DNA from: Escherichia coli 042 | GTDB taxonomy: Bacteria; Pseudomonadota; Gammaproteobacteria; Enterobacterales; Enterobacteriaceae | DNA: 64,000 nt | Assembly: GCF_000027125.1 (NCBI RefSeq) | Contig: NC_017626.1 | Reading direction: 5' to 3' (one strand) | Part shown: positions 36,631-55,200 of the stretch, piece after piece | How positions within the stretch are numbered: position 1 is the first letter of the stretch | Layout of the letters: every line of letters starts with the position of its first letter | Translations under genes and position numbers: made by a program | Notes under the pieces: generated by a model | The model's database searches: none | The model's input: the letters and a program-made list of their open reading frames with translations, nothing else | What the model was told of the DNA's origin: nothing

Positions 36631-37949
36631 TTGGTCGCATATCGCGTTTTATGACGCGTTTTGTCAGCCGGTGGCTTCCCGATCCACTGATCTTTGCCAT
36701 GTTGCTGACATTGCTAACTTTCGTGATCGCGCTTTGGTTAACACCACAAACGCCGATCAGCATGGTGAAAATGTGGGGTGACGGTTTCTGGAACTTGCTG
36801 GCGTTTGGTATGCAGATGGCGCTTATCATCGTTACCGGTCATGCCCTTGCCAGCTCTGCTCCGGTAAAAAGTTTGCTGCGTACTGCCGCCTCCGCCGCAA
36901 AGACGCCCGTACAGGGCGTCATGCTGGTTACTTTCTTCGGTTCAGTCGCTTGTGTCATCAACTGGGGATTTGGTTTGGTTGTCGGCGCAATGTTTGCCCG
37001 TGAAGTCGCACGCCGAGTACCCGGTTCTGATTATCCGTTGCTCATTGCCTGCGCCTACATTGGTTTTCTCACCTGGGGTGGCGGTTTCTCTGGCTCAATG
37101 CCTCTGTTGGCTGCAACACCGGGCAACCCGGTTGAGCATATCGCCGGGCTGATCCCGGTGGGCGATACTCTGTTCAGTGGTTTTAACATTTTCATCACTG
37201 TGGCGTTGATTGTGGTGATGCCATTTATCACCCGCATGATGATGCCAAAACCGTCTGACGTGGTGAGTATCGATCCGAAACTACTCATGGAAGAGGCTGA
37301 TTTCCAAAAGCAGCTACCGAAAGATGCCCCACCATCCGAGCGACTGGAAGAAAGCCGCATTCTGACGTTGATCATCGGCGCACTCGGTATCGCTTACCTT
37401 GCGATGTACTTCAGCGAACATGCCTTCAACATCACCATCAATACCGTCAACCTGATGTTTATGATTGCGGGTCTGCTGCTACATAAAACGCCAATGGCTT
37501 ATATGCGTGCTATCAGCGCGGCAGCACGCAGTACTGCCGGTATTCTGGTGCAATTCCCCTTCTACGCTGGGATCCAACTGATGATGGAGCACTCCGGTCT
37601 GGGCGGACTCATTACCGAATTCTTCATCAATGTTGCGAACAAAGACACCTTCCCGGTAATGACCTTTTTTAGTTCTGCACTGATTAACTTCGCCGTTCCG
37701 TCTGGCGGCGGTCACTGGGTTATTCAGGGACCTTTCGTGATACCCGCAGCCCAGGCGCTGGGCGCTGATCTCGGTAAATCGGTAATGGCGATCGCCTACG
37801 GCGAGCAATGGATGAACATGGCACAACCATTCTGGGCGCTGCCAGCACTGGCAATCGCCGGACTCGGTGTCCGCGACATCATGGGCTATTGCATCACTGC
37901 CCTGCTCTTCTCCGGCGTCATTTTCGTCGTTGGTTTAACGCTGTTCTGA
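36627..37949 (+). CDS. atoE: Short-chain fatty acid transporter AtoE
   Basis: 440 aa polytopic membrane protein. Confidence 0.85.
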   Translation: MIGRISRFMTRFVSRWLPDPLIFAMLLTLLTFVIALWLTPQTPISMVKMWGDGFWNLLAFGMQMALIIVTGHALASSAPVKSLLRTAASAAKTPVQGVMLVTFFGSVACVINWGFGLVVGAMFAREVARRVPGSDYPLLIACAYIGFLTWGGGFSGSMPLLAATPGNPVEHIAGLIPVGDTLFSGFNIFITVALIVVMPFITRMMMPKPSDVVSIDPKLLMEEADFQKQLPKDAPPSERLEESRILTLIIGALGIAYLAMYFSEHAFNITINTVNLMFMIAGLLLHKTPMAYMRAISAAARSTAGILVQFPFYAGIQLMMEHSGLGGLITEFFINVANKDTFPVMTFFSSALINFAVPSGGGHWVIQGPFVIPAAQALGADLGKSVMAIAYGEQWMNMAQPFWALPALAIAGLGVRDIMGYCITALLFSGVIFVVGLTLF

Positions 37950-37979
37950 CGGCAACCCTACAGACAGAAGGAATAAAAA

Positions 37980-39164
37980 ATGAAAAATTGTGTCATCGTC
38001 AGTGCGGTACGTACTGCTATCGGTAGTTTTAACGGTTCACTCGCTTCCACCAGCGCCATCGACCTGGGGGCGACAGTAATTAAAGCCGCCATTGAACGTG
38101 CAAAAATCGATTCACTACACATTGATGAAGTGATTATGGGTAACGTGTTGCAAGCCGGGTTGGGGCAAAATCCGGCACGTCAGGCACTGTTAAAAAGCGG
38201 GCTGGCAGAAACGGTGTGCGGATTCACGGTCAATAAAGTGTGTGGTTCGGGTCTTAAAAGTGTGGCGCTTGCCGCCCAGGCAATTCAGGCAGGTCAGGCG
38301 CAAAGCATTGTGGCGGGGGGTATGGAAAATATGAGTTTAGCGCCCTACTTACTCGATGCAAAAGCACGCTCTGGTTATCGTCTTGGAGACGGACAGGTTT
38401 ATGACGTAATCCTGCGCGATGGTCTGATGTGCGCCACCCATGGTTATCATATGGGGATTACCGCCGAGAACGTGGCCAAAGAGTACGGAATTACCCGAGA
38501 AATGCAGGATGAACTGGCGCTACATTCACAGCGTAAAGCGGCAGCCGCAATTGAGTCCGGTGCTTTTACAGCCGAAATCGTCCCGGTAAATGTTGTCACT
38601 CGGAAGAAAACCTTCGTCTTCAGTCAAGACGAATTCCCGAAAACGGATTCTACGACTGAAGCGTTAGGCGCATTGCGCCCGGCCTTCGATAAAGCAGGAA
38701 CAGTCACCGCCGGGAACGCGTCTGGTATTAACGACGGTGCTGCCGCTCTGGTGGTTATGGAAGAATCTGCGGCGCTGGCAGCAGGCCTTACCCCCCTGGC
38801 TCGCATTAAAAGTTATGCCAGCGGTGGCGTGCCCCCCGCATTGATGGGTATGGGGCCAGTACCTGCCACGCAAAAAGCGTTACAACTGGCGGGGCTGCAA
38901 CTGGCGGATATTGATCTCATTGAGGCTAATGAAGCATTTGCCGCGCAGTTCCTTGCCGTTGGGAAAACCCTGGGCTTTGATTCTGAGAAAGTGAATGTCA
39001 ACGGCGGGGCCATCGCGCTCGGGCATCCTATCGGTGCCAGTGGTGCTCGTATTCTGGTCACACTATTACATGCCATGCAGGCACGCGATAAAACGCTGGG
39101 GCTGGCAACACTGTGCATTGGTGGCGGCCAGGGAATTGCGATGGTGATTGAACGGTTGAATTAA
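37980..39164 (+). CDS. atoB: Acetyl-CoA acetyltransferase (thiolase II)
   Basis: 394 aa thiolase with active-site Cys region ([11 protein letters not shown]) and C-terminal GGGQG. Confidence 0.9.
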   Translation: MKNCVIVSAVRTAIGSFNGSLASTSAIDLGATVIKAAIERAKIDSLHIDEVIMGNVLQAGLGQNPARQALLKSGLAETVCGFTVNKVCGSGLKSVALAAQAIQAGQAQSIVAGGMENMSLAPYLLDAKARSGYRLGDGQVYDVILRDGLMCATHGYHMGITAENVAKEYGITREMQDELALHSQRKAAAAIESGAFTAEIVPVNVVTRKKTFVFSQDEFPKTDSTTEALGALRPAFDKAGTVTAGNASGINDGAAALVVMEESAALAAGLTPLARIKSYASGGVPPALMGMGPVPATQKALQLAGLQLADIDLIEANEAFAAQFLAVGKTLGFDSEKVNVNGGAIALGHPIGASGARILVTLLHAMQARDKTLGLATLCIGGGQGIAMVIERLN

Positions 39165-39176
39165 TCAATAAAAACA

Positions 39177-39207
39177 CCCGATAGCGAAAGTTATCGGGCG
39201 TTTTCTT
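39177..39207. terminator. Hairpin terminator between convergent atoB and yfaP
   Basis: cccgata-gcgaaagt-tatcggg followed by cgttttctt. Confidence 0.6.
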
Positions 39208-39237
39208 GAACATCGACGGCGAAGGTAACCCCATTAA

Positions 39238-40014
39238 TCACCAGTCAAAACTTTTCACCAGCGTCAGCTCGCCAGCATTACGCATCGGTACAATAAATGT
39301 TTCCTGTTTCTCATTGACCGATCCTTCATCGGTGATCAGCGTCAGTTGGGCGGTCGTCAATTCCGTTTCGCTGCGTCCGCCATAGTAGTTGATATACACC
39401 TGATAACGTCCGTGAATCGGCGCTGGCATGGCGAAAATCTCGGGGCCGTACCCCGTCGTGACATCCATATCCAGTGCACCACTGTTTTTCAGCACGGTGT
39501 TACCGTACCAGGCGTGTTCGCCATCAGGTGTAACAACGTGAAGGTCGAGGTCGGTATTGTCCGTATCCCAGGAGAGAACCAGCCGTAAACGCGCGCGGAT
39601 CACTCCAGCGCCCGGCGTTGAGTAAAACTGCATTTTTTGTCGGCTTTGCCCATCTGGGCTGATGACCTGCACGCTGTTGCTGCCTTCAGTGAAAATATAA
39701 GGGCGTGCAAATGAACCATCGGATTCAATTCTCTGCGGCATACTGGCACCGTTGACCACCAGCCGGCCCTGCTGAACTTTACCCGCCGCAGCACAATTCT
39801 TTATTTTGCCGCGGATCTGCGCTGAGATATTTTGATCATCTGCCATGTTGACGGACGACGCCGGGTAATTGATCGATTGTGAAAAACTGGCATCTTCGCC
39901 CTCTGCCGGATGCCAGCCAGAGAGCGGTGCATCAATCTCGACTTCCTGCACACCTTCGCCATGGGCAACAGGCGAAAGCGCCACCAGTAACAACGGAAGA
40001 AAAATCTTTCGCAT
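39238..40014 (-). CDS. yfaP: Exported DUF2135-type protein YfaP
   Basis: 258 aa, signal peptide (MRKIFLPLLLVALSPVAHG); last gene of yfaA operon. Confidence 0.75.
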   Translation of the reverse strand: MRKIFLPLLLVALSPVAHGEGVQEVEIDAPLSGWHPAEGEDASFSQSINYPASSVNMADDQNISAQIRGKIKNCAAAGKVQQGRLVVNGASMPQRIESDGSFARPYIFTEGSNSVQVISPDGQSRQKMQFYSTPGAGVIRARLRLVLSWDTDNTDLDLHVVTPDGEHAWYGNTVLKNSGALDMDVTTGYGPEIFAMPAPIHGRYQVYINYYGGRSETELTTAQLTLITDEGSVNEKQETFIVPMRNAGELTLVKSFDW

Positions 40015-40018
40015 AGCA

Positions 40019-41668
40019 TTAGTCCATTAATAATTGTCGAGTCAGCGTTTCGATATAGTTCTCATCAAGCCCGGTGGGATAACCATCAAAGGCCAGGTGC
40101 AGATACTCATGGGTTAAATCCAGCCGATCCTGAAGCGTAAAGAAGTTACGAATAAACAGCCGTTTCTGCTGCCGATCGGTATAGGGGAAACCTGAGACTA
40201 AACGACAGACCGCAAACACGTCTGGTTCGTTGTACCCCGTCTCGCCTTGTAACATACGCCGCCACTGCGACATTTTTTTCGCCAGCCAGGCTTTCGCTTT
40301 GGGTAATAACTGGCAGGTTGAGCGCGGCGCTCCCCAGCGGCTAAGGCTATTGTCGGGATAAGCAAACGCGAGTATCTGATCGTAACGCTCTCCCTGCCCC
40401 GCCTGGGCCGTGGCTTGCCGCCAGGAAAGCGTCCCTTCGGTAGCGCGACTGCCATGATAATGAACCGGATCGCCCGCATAGATAAGATCCTGCGTCCAGG
40501 CGGTCATCGTTCGCGCCCCCGTGGTAGCTGGCGAAGCAGAAACACGTTGCGTGGCGCTACTGTCGGGGATGGTCAGGCAATCGCCTTCCCGATTGGCGTT
40601 TTGCTGTAAAAAAGTGCGAATCGCCACGGTCATGGCTTTCGCTGCCTCAGGGGGCGTACTTTTCGCCTCGCGATCCAGAACTCTGGCAACGTACTCTTCA
40701 CGATCGAGATGCGACTGCAATTTCAGTTTGCCCTTTTCGCTCAGTAAGGTCGTCTCACCGTGGCTGACAAACGTAATGTGGTTACCATTGGCAAACGTCA
40801 CACGATAGCGCCCATTAAGTACGCCGGGTTTTACTGCCGTCGAACTCTTCTCCGCCGTGATTTTCTTCAGCGGATAGCGGGCAAACAGCTCCACCAGGAC
40901 ACATTGCCCACTGGCAACTTGCGTCGGCACTGGCAAAACCCGATTAAGCACCGTCGCATAACGGGTCAGTACCGTTTTGCTGGTGCCGCTGCCAGTCACC
41001 CACAGCGGTGTACCATCGGTTAACCAGCCAGCAAAACCACCCTGACGGATTTCCTGCTTATCATCGGCAAACCAGCTCCAGGTTTTCACCCGTACCCGGC
41101 TACCGAGCATGGATGCAACTCCGATTTTCGTCTCGTCCAGCACCACATCCAGTAAGACTTCCTGAGCTTTGTTTTGCGCGGGTAACGTCGCTAATGAATC
41201 AAGCAGTGATTTAACCGTTACCGAGGTTTCTGGCTTCAGCGTAGTAAGAGACGCTAACCACGCAGGTGCCTGACGCTGTTGCCAGTATTGCCCCCATACA
41301 TCTGCGCCAATATGCAACCGCTGCGGCGCAAAATAGAGCCCACAGGAACGTACCAGCGCGGTATCGCGCGTTATGCTCTCCCCAGCCTGACAACAATAAA
41401 CCTCTTCCGGGGAGTTTCCGCGACACTGGTAGGGCTGCTCCGGTTGATGGGTATCCTCCAGCCAGGCGTAAACATACAGTTTCCACAAACTCCCTAACGG
41501 CGTGGTGAGTGTGTCAGGTAATGCCGAGACTTTGGTCACGCCTGATGACGACAGCTGATACAGTTGATCGTGCTGCGCGCCCCGCAGCGCCAGTTGTAAC
41601 GGCGTCTCCTCCGCAAGCGTTGGCAGAGTAACCAACGCCAATAGCCAGACGATTCTGCGCCAGTTCAC
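40019..41668 (-). CDS. yfaQ: Exported DUF2300-type protein YfaQ
   Basis: 549 aa, signal peptide (MNWRRIVWLLALVTLPTLA); start abuts yfaS stop. Confidence 0.75.
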   Translation of the reverse strand: MNWRRIVWLLALVTLPTLAEETPLQLALRGAQHDQLYQLSSSGVTKVSALPDTLTTPLGSLWKLYVYAWLEDTHQPEQPYQCRGNSPEEVYCCQAGESITRDTALVRSCGLYFAPQRLHIGADVWGQYWQQRQAPAWLASLTTLKPETSVTVKSLLDSLATLPAQNKAQEVLLDVVLDETKIGVASMLGSRVRVKTWSWFADDKQEIRQGGFAGWLTDGTPLWVTGSGTSKTVLTRYATVLNRVLPVPTQVASGQCVLVELFARYPLKKITAEKSSTAVKPGVLNGRYRVTFANGNHITFVSHGETTLLSEKGKLKLQSHLDREEYVARVLDREAKSTPPEAAKAMTVAIRTFLQQNANREGDCLTIPDSSATQRVSASPATTGARTMTAWTQDLIYAGDPVHYHGSRATEGTLSWRQATAQAGQGERYDQILAFAYPDNSLSRWGAPRSTCQLLPKAKAWLAKKMSQWRRMLQGETGYNEPDVFAVCRLVSGFPYTDRQQKRLFIRNFFTLQDRLDLTHEYLHLAFDGYPTGLDENYIETLTRQLLMD

Positions 41669-48557
<6,889 letters not shown>

Positions 48558-48663
48558 AGCAAAACTTTACCGCGCCCTAATACGACAAAAGCCCAGACTT
48601 TGCAGCCTGGACTTTTCAATTCAAACAAGGGAGATAGCTCCCTTTTGGCATGAAGAAGTAAAA

Positions 48664-51291
48664 TTATTCTTCTTCTGGCTCGTCGTCAACGTCCACTTCC
48701 GGAGCGATTTCATCGTCCCCTTCCGCGGCACTGCCGTCGATGGTATCCAGATCTTCCTCGTCAACCGGTTCAGCAACACGTTGCAGACCCACTACGTTTT
48801 CATCTTCCGCAGTACGGATGAGGATCACGCCCTGGGTGTTACGGCCCACGATGCTGATTTCCGAAACGCGAGTACGTACCAGCGTACCGGCATCGGTGAT
48901 CATCATGATCTGGTCGCAGTCATCTACCTGCACCGCGCCAACCACTAAACCGTTACGTTCGGTAACCTTGATGGAGATAACCCCTTTCGTCGCACGCGAC
49001 TTAGTCGGGTATTCCGCCACTGCGGTACGTTTACCATAACCGTTCTGCGTTGCGGTGAGGATTGCGCCATCGCCACGAGGCACGATCAGAGAGACGACTT
49101 TATCGCCTTCGCCTAAACGAATACCGCGAACACCGGTGGTGTTGCAGCCCATCGCACGGACAGAAGACTCTTTAAAGCGCACCACTTTACCTTCGGCGGA
49201 GAACAGCATTACTTCGTCTTCGCCGCTGGTCAGGTCAACGCCGATCAGCTCATCGCCTTCAACCAGTTTGATCGCCACTTTACCGGCGGTACGCAGACGG
49301 TTGAACTCGGTGAGGACAGTTTTCTTCACGGTACCGTTAGCGGTCGCCATGAAGACTTTCACGCCCTCTTCAAACTCGGTCACCGGCAGGATGGCAGTGA
49401 TACGTTCGTCCTGCTCCAGCGGCAGCAGGTTGACGATCGGACGACCGCGCGCGCCACGAGTGGCTTCCGGCAACTGATAGACTTTCATCGAATAGACGCG
49501 ACCACGGCTGGAGAAGCACAGAATATGGTCGTGGGTGTTCGCCACCAGCAGTCGGTCGATAAAGTCTTCTTCTTTAATACGTGCGGCAGATTTACCTTTC
49601 CCGCCACGACGCTGCGCTTCGTATTCAGAAAGCGGCTGATACTTCACGTAGCCCTGGTGAGAGAGCGTCACGACCACATCTTCCTGAGTGATCAGATCTT
49701 CCAGGTTGATGTCGGCGCTGTTGGCGGTGATTTCAGTGCGACGTTTGTCACCGAACTGTTCACGAACCAGTTCCAGCTCTTCGCGGATCACTTCCATCAG
49801 ACGATCGGCACTGCCAAGAATACGCAGCAGTTCTGCGATCTGATCCAGCAGCTCTTTGTATTCGTCGAGCAGTTTTTCATGCTCAAGGCCGGTCAGTTTC
49901 TGCAAACGCAGATCCAGAATCGCCTGAGCTTGCTGTTCGGTCAGGTAGTACAGACCATCACGCACGCCGAACTCTGGCTCCAGCCATTCCGGACGCGCAG
50001 CATCGTCGCCCGCACGTTCCAGCATGGCGGCAACGTTGCCCAGCTGCCACGGATTAGCAACCAGCGCAGTTTTCGCTTCTGCAGGCGTCGGCGCATGACG
50101 GATCAGTTCGATGATCGGGTCGATGTTCGCCAGCGCCACGGCTAATGCTTCAAGGATATGAGCACGATCGCGAGCTTTACGCAGTTCGAAAATAGTACGA
50201 CGGGTCACCACTTCACGGCGGTGACGAACAAACGCCGCGATGATGTCTTTCAGGTTCATGATCTTCGGCTGACCATGGTGCAATGCCACCATGTTGATAC
50301 CGAAAGAAACCTGCAACTGGGTCTGGGAGTAGAGGTTGTTAAGCACAACTTCACCGACCGCGTCGCGTTTCACTTCAATCACGATGCGCATACCGTCTTT
50401 GTCAGACTCGTCACGCAGCGCGCTGATGCCTTCCACGCGTTTTTCTTTTACCAGTTCCGCAATCTTCTCGATCAGGCGCGCTTTGTTTACCTGATACGGA
50501 ATTTCGTGGACGATAATGGTTTCACGTCCGGTTTTTGCGTCAACTTCCACTTCGGCACGGGCGCGGATATATACCTTGCCACGACCGGTACGGTAAGCTT
50601 CTTCAATACCGCGACGACCGTTAATGATTGCCGCCGTCGGGAAGTCCGGCCCCGGGATGTGTTCCATCAGCCCTTCAATGCTGATGTCTTCATCATCGAT
50701 ATACGCCAGACAACCGTTGATGACTTCCGTCAGGTTGTGCGGCGGGATGTTGGTTGCCATACCTACGGCGATACCGGAAGAACCGTTCACCAGCAGGTTA
50801 GGAATTTTGGTTGGCATGACGTCGGGAATTTTTTCCGTGCCGTCATAGTTATCAACGAAATCGACCGTCTCTTTTTCGAGATCGGCCATCAGTTCATGGG
50901 CAATTTTCGCCAGACGGATTTCCGTATAACGCATTGCCGCCGCAGAGTCGCCGTCGATGGAACCGAAGTTACCCTGACCGTCTACCAGCATGTAACGCAG
51001 CGAGAATGGCTGCGCCATACGGACGATCGTGTCATAAACCGCCGAGTCACCATGGGGATGGTATTTACCGATTACGTCACCAACGACACGGGCAGATTTT
51101 TTATAGGCTTTGTTCCAGTCATTGCCTAGTACGTTCATGGCGTAAAGTACGCGACGGTGTACCGGCTTCAGGCCATCTCGGACATCCGGCAGCGCACGGC
51201 CAACAATGACCGACATCGCATAATCCAGATAGGAGCTCTTCAGCTCTTCCTCAATGTTGACCGGTGTAATTTCTCTCGCAAGGTCGCTCAT
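48664..51291 (-). CDS. gyrA: DNA gyrase subunit A
   Basis: 875 aa; N-terminal [36 protein letters not shown]; catalytic Tyr region; acidic C-terminal tail; QRDR reads GDSAVYD. Confidence 0.97.
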   Translation of the reverse strand: MSDLAREITPVNIEEELKSSYLDYAMSVIVGRALPDVRDGLKPVHRRVLYAMNVLGNDWNKAYKKSARVVGDVIGKYHPHGDSAVYDTIVRMAQPFSLRYMLVDGQGNFGSIDGDSAAAMRYTEIRLAKIAHELMADLEKETVDFVDNYDGTEKIPDVMPTKIPNLLVNGSSGIAVGMATNIPPHNLTEVINGCLAYIDDEDISIEGLMEHIPGPDFPTAAIINGRRGIEEAYRTGRGKVYIRARAEVEVDAKTGRETIIVHEIPYQVNKARLIEKIAELVKEKRVEGISALRDESDKDGMRIVIEVKRDAVGEVVLNNLYSQTQLQVSFGINMVALHHGQPKIMNLKDIIAAFVRHRREVVTRRTIFELRKARDRAHILEALAVALANIDPIIELIRHAPTPAEAKTALVANPWQLGNVAAMLERAGDDAARPEWLEPEFGVRDGLYYLTEQQAQAILDLRLQKLTGLEHEKLLDEYKELLDQIAELLRILGSADRLMEVIREELELVREQFGDKRRTEITANSADINLEDLITQEDVVVTLSHQGYVKYQPLSEYEAQRRGGKGKSAARIKEEDFIDRLLVANTHDHILCFSSRGRVYSMKVYQLPEATRGARGRPIVNLLPLEQDERITAILPVTEFEEGVKVFMATANGTVKKTVLTEFNRLRTAGKVAIKLVEGDELIGVDLTSGEDEVMLFSAEGKVVRFKESSVRAMGCNTTGVRGIRLGEGDKVVSLIVPRGDGAILTATQNGYGKRTAVAEYPTKSRATKGVISIKVTERNGLVVGAVQVDDCDQIMMITDAGTLVRTRVSEISIVGRNTQGVILIRTAEDENVVGLQRVAEPVDEEDLDTIDGSAAEGDDEIAPEVDVDDEPEEE

Positions 51292-51437
51292 CTAACCGCT
51301 ATCCCTCTACTGTATCCCGGATTCAAAGGTCGCAAATTATAACACAGCCGCGCAGTTTGAGGTAAACCTATACGCTTTATTCACATCCAATGCCTGATAT
51401 ACTCGTTTGTCTTGCCAATTACGGAGTAGAAGTGCCA

Positions 51438-52160
51438 ATGAATGCCGAAAAATCGCCGGTAAACCATAACGTAGACCACGAAGAGATCGCTAAATTTGAA
51501 GCCGTCGCCTCCCGCTGGTGGGATCTTGAAGGTGAGTTCAAACCGCTGCACCGCATTAACCCGCTGCGTCTGGGCTATATTGCCGAGCGTGCTGGCGGTT
51601 TATTTGGCAAAAAGGTGCTCGATGTCGGTTGTGGCGGCGGCATTCTGGCCGAGAGTATGGCGCGCGAAGGTGCGACGGTGACCGGTCTGGATATGGGCTT
51701 TGAGCCATTGCAGGTGGCAAAGCTGCACGCGCTGGAAAGCGGCATTCAGGTGGATTACGTGCAGGAAACCGTGGAAGAGCACGCGGCAAAACATGCCGGG
51801 CAGTATGATGTGGTGACCTGCATGGAGATGCTGGAGCACGTGCCCGATCCGCAGTCAGTGGTCAGAGCCTGTGCGCAACTGGTGAAACCGGGCGGCGATG
51901 TCTTTTTCTCGACGCTTAACCGCAACGGCAAGTCATGGCTGATGGCGGTGGTTGGCGCGGAATATATTTTGCGCATGGTGCCCAAAGGCACGCACGACGT
52001 GAAGAAATTTATAAAACCGGCAGAACTGCTTGGCTGGGTAGATCAGACAAGCCTTAAAGAGCGACATATAACCGGGTTACATTACAACCCGATCACTAAT
52101 ACTTTTAAACTCGGCCCCGGCGTCGATGTGAACTATATGCTGCACACGCAGAATAAATAA
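51438..52160 (+). CDS. ubiG: Ubiquinone biosynthesis O-methyltransferase UbiG
   Basis: SAM-binding motif [12 protein letters not shown]; start set at [12 protein letters not shown] (240 aa) rather than upstream ATG of track ORF. Confidence 0.9.
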
Positions 52161-52167
52161 AATTGTT

Positions 52168-52197
52168 AGCCGGATAAGGTGCTCGCACCACATCCGG
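52168..52197. repeat. Single REP element between ubiG and yfaL
   Basis: gccggataaggtgctcgcaccacatccggc palindromic REP-like unit. Confidence 0.6.
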
Positions 52198-52220
52198 CTA
52201 CAATGCCGGGCGCAAAGCAG

Positions 52221-55200
52221 CTACCATTTCACCGTCATCGACAAAAACCCTGCCGTCTGGGCAAAATCATCACTCCCTTTCTGCCACGCCACGCTGCCGC
52301 GCAGCGAAACTCGCTGACTGATATTGCCCGTGACTCCCACTTTTATTTCACCCCGTTGCTTCACCGCATCGTCACTGATAGTGCTGCCATCTTCTTCAAT
52401 TTCCGTCGCATGGGGATCGTGATAATAATTCAGATCTAATGTTGGTATGACATGAACAGCGGTACGCCATTCGCTGTGTAAACCCAGCCGCGTTTGAATA
52501 TCATCACCCTGCGATTGTGACACGCGCGCATGGTTAGCGGCGGTAAAATCATCCTGCTGCACGCCCTGATAAATCACCTGCGCCTGCGGTTCAACCACCA
52601 CACCACGCCCCGGTAACCACTGATACCCCGCTTCCAGCGAGGCGATAATCCCCGACGAATGGTAATGATCTGTGCCATCGTCTTGTTCGGAAACATCATT
52701 GTTAAACCACGCGTATTGCAGCCAGCTATCCAGCCAGGCCCCCTGCTTCTGATTACCGTGCTGAAACCAGCTTGAGGTCAGACCAACGGCATAACCGTGG
52801 TTCTGGTTATCGGCGCGAGTTCCGGTCATATTCGAGCGGCTGTCGCCCTGGTTATCACTGTAGCCACCAACCGCCCCAAGCATCCACTCGCCATCCGCGC
52901 CCCAGCGCCCGCTAAACAAGTCGCCGCTAAGCTGCACCGTAGAAGTGTCTTCATGCTGAGCCAGTTGCCCCGCTGCTGTGTAATGATAATTTCCGCCGAT
53001 AACACGTAAATTCAGCGTCTGACCATCGCCACCAGCGTGATCGTGTCGCTCCATCACAAACGCCTGATTTGCCGCCCGCAGGTTATTAAAATATCCACCA
53101 ACTTTGGCATTCAACACCGGCTGGTAGGCAGGCGTAGGGTCCGGGGCCGGGTCGGGTGTTGGATCAGGATCGGGAGTCGGGTCTGGATCAGGTGGCGATG
53201 GTGGCGTTACTTCTTGCGATCGCAGATACCAGTCGTTGTTATCTTCCACCAGCGTGTAGTCATACGCTCCCATATTGACGTAGCCGCTGCCTGCCAGACT
53301 GAACTGCGCATTGTTTTGAAACTGCGTGGGATCAGCTGCGAAATCAACCACTTTAATGCCTGTCGATGTCGGCTCACCAATCCCTGTAATGGAGTTAACC
53401 ATCACAGTTGTGTTGCCAGCAGTATTACCGTTCATCACCAATTGATCGCTTACCGAGTCATCGCCGTTTAATTCGCTATCGAGCAGTAGCGTACCACCGC
53501 CGGTATAATCACCGTTTACCGTCAGCGTATCGCCAGCGACGCCATTTTGCAGGCTAACCGCACCAGACGTATTGGTCAGATTGCCATTAACCGTCACGTT
53601 GGAAAGATAAGTCAGGCTGTCAGTTTCAAGGTTGGTATTAAGCTCGCCTGTCAACGTCACGCCATCGGTGGCATTCACCAGCGTCCCATCGCCGTTAAAC
53701 AGTGAGGCATTAAGGGCGACGGAAGTATCCTGCCCGGTCAGGCGCAAAACCGTACCATCGCTGATGTCGATAGTGCCGCTGGAAGTAGCATCAATTGACT
53801 GAATATCCTGATCCGCGCCAGTCTTGAATGTTGCCCCGTCACCGACCCACAGCGACGAAGCATAAGGGAAGATATCCGCAACATCACCTTTCAGGGTGCC
53901 TTCTTCGACACGTACCGCCGACTGCGTTGTACCGCTGGCGGTCAGTTCCAGCGTACCCGCCCCCGTTTTCGTCAATGTGCTACCCTCATCCTGATGCTGC
54001 CCGCTGCTGTCAGCCATCAGTGCGCCCCACTGCGTGTCTACCCCCGCATCAACTGCCACTTCACCGTCGGCGCGCATTTCAATATCACGCCCGTGACCTG
54101 CTGCCTCTGAACGAGTATCAACGTCAGCGGTAATTTCCATCTCACTTTGTTGTTGGCTATCAGTAAAGATGAGCTGACGGTTTTCGTCGGTATTGCCAAG
54201 CTGCGAGTTGTCGCTCACCACCAGCGTACCGGAAGCGATTTGCGTGGTGCCCAGGTAACTATTATTGTTTGCCAGGCTAACCAGCCCGTCGCCCGCATCG
54301 ATCACCACGTAGACGCCATCTTTCTCGTCGCCGCCGATATGCAAATTGTCGCCACCTGCGAGATCCACCACATCCTGACTGCCGATAACCGTACCGCCGC
54401 TGCCGCTGACTGCAAGGCCATCGTTGTATGATGTGCCGCTCTGCCAGGTGGCGAAATCAGAGAGATCAAGCACGCCGCCGTTTAACACGATCGACTGCGG
54501 ATCGTCCTGGAGAGCGGCAAGATCTGCCGCGTCGCCTTCCAGCGTAAGCACCGCGCCATCATCAACGACTATATCGCCAGTTAGCGCCATCGACTGAGCC
54601 CCTGCCAGCACGTAGCTGCCGTTTTGCGCAATGGTGAGCTGACCAGCACCTTCGATGGTGCCAGCAAAACTGCCCTGATTAACAGTAACGTTGCCACCAG
54701 CATCGATATTTAAAGTGCCATTCTGAAAGCCCATCAATGCGTGCACAAAAGTTTGTTGGGTCGAGCCAACGTTTAGCTCAGCCTGATTCTGATACTGATC
54801 AATACTCCCTATCGTCAGACCGTAGCAGTCTTGCGTATCGTCCTGGCAATGCGTATCGCCGACATTCATCAGGGAGTTGCTGCGGCCCAGGGTAACTTCA
54901 CCGTTTTCAATCTGCATCTCGCCAGTAAAGTCATTGTTATCTGCATTAAGTACCAGATCGCCGGAACCTGTTTTGGTGATTAACCCGGTACCAGCAATAG
55001 AGTCAACAGCTCCGTCATTCTCTGTATTGCCGATAACCAGCGTTTTTCCGTCGGCAATATCAAAGGTAACGTCACTTAAGCCGAGATACATAAAGCCACC
55101 CGCCGCAGTGGAAGGACCATCTCCATAGCCTGCTGCGCTATTGTTCTCATCCACTAAAACACCGTTGTTCTGGCTGTAGCTGTCATCAACTGAAATATCA

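Noticed and set aside
50158-51129. 323-aa plus-strand ORF antisense to gyrA
   Set aside because: Embedded in gyrA; translation is low-complexity and unrecognisable; typical shadow ORF
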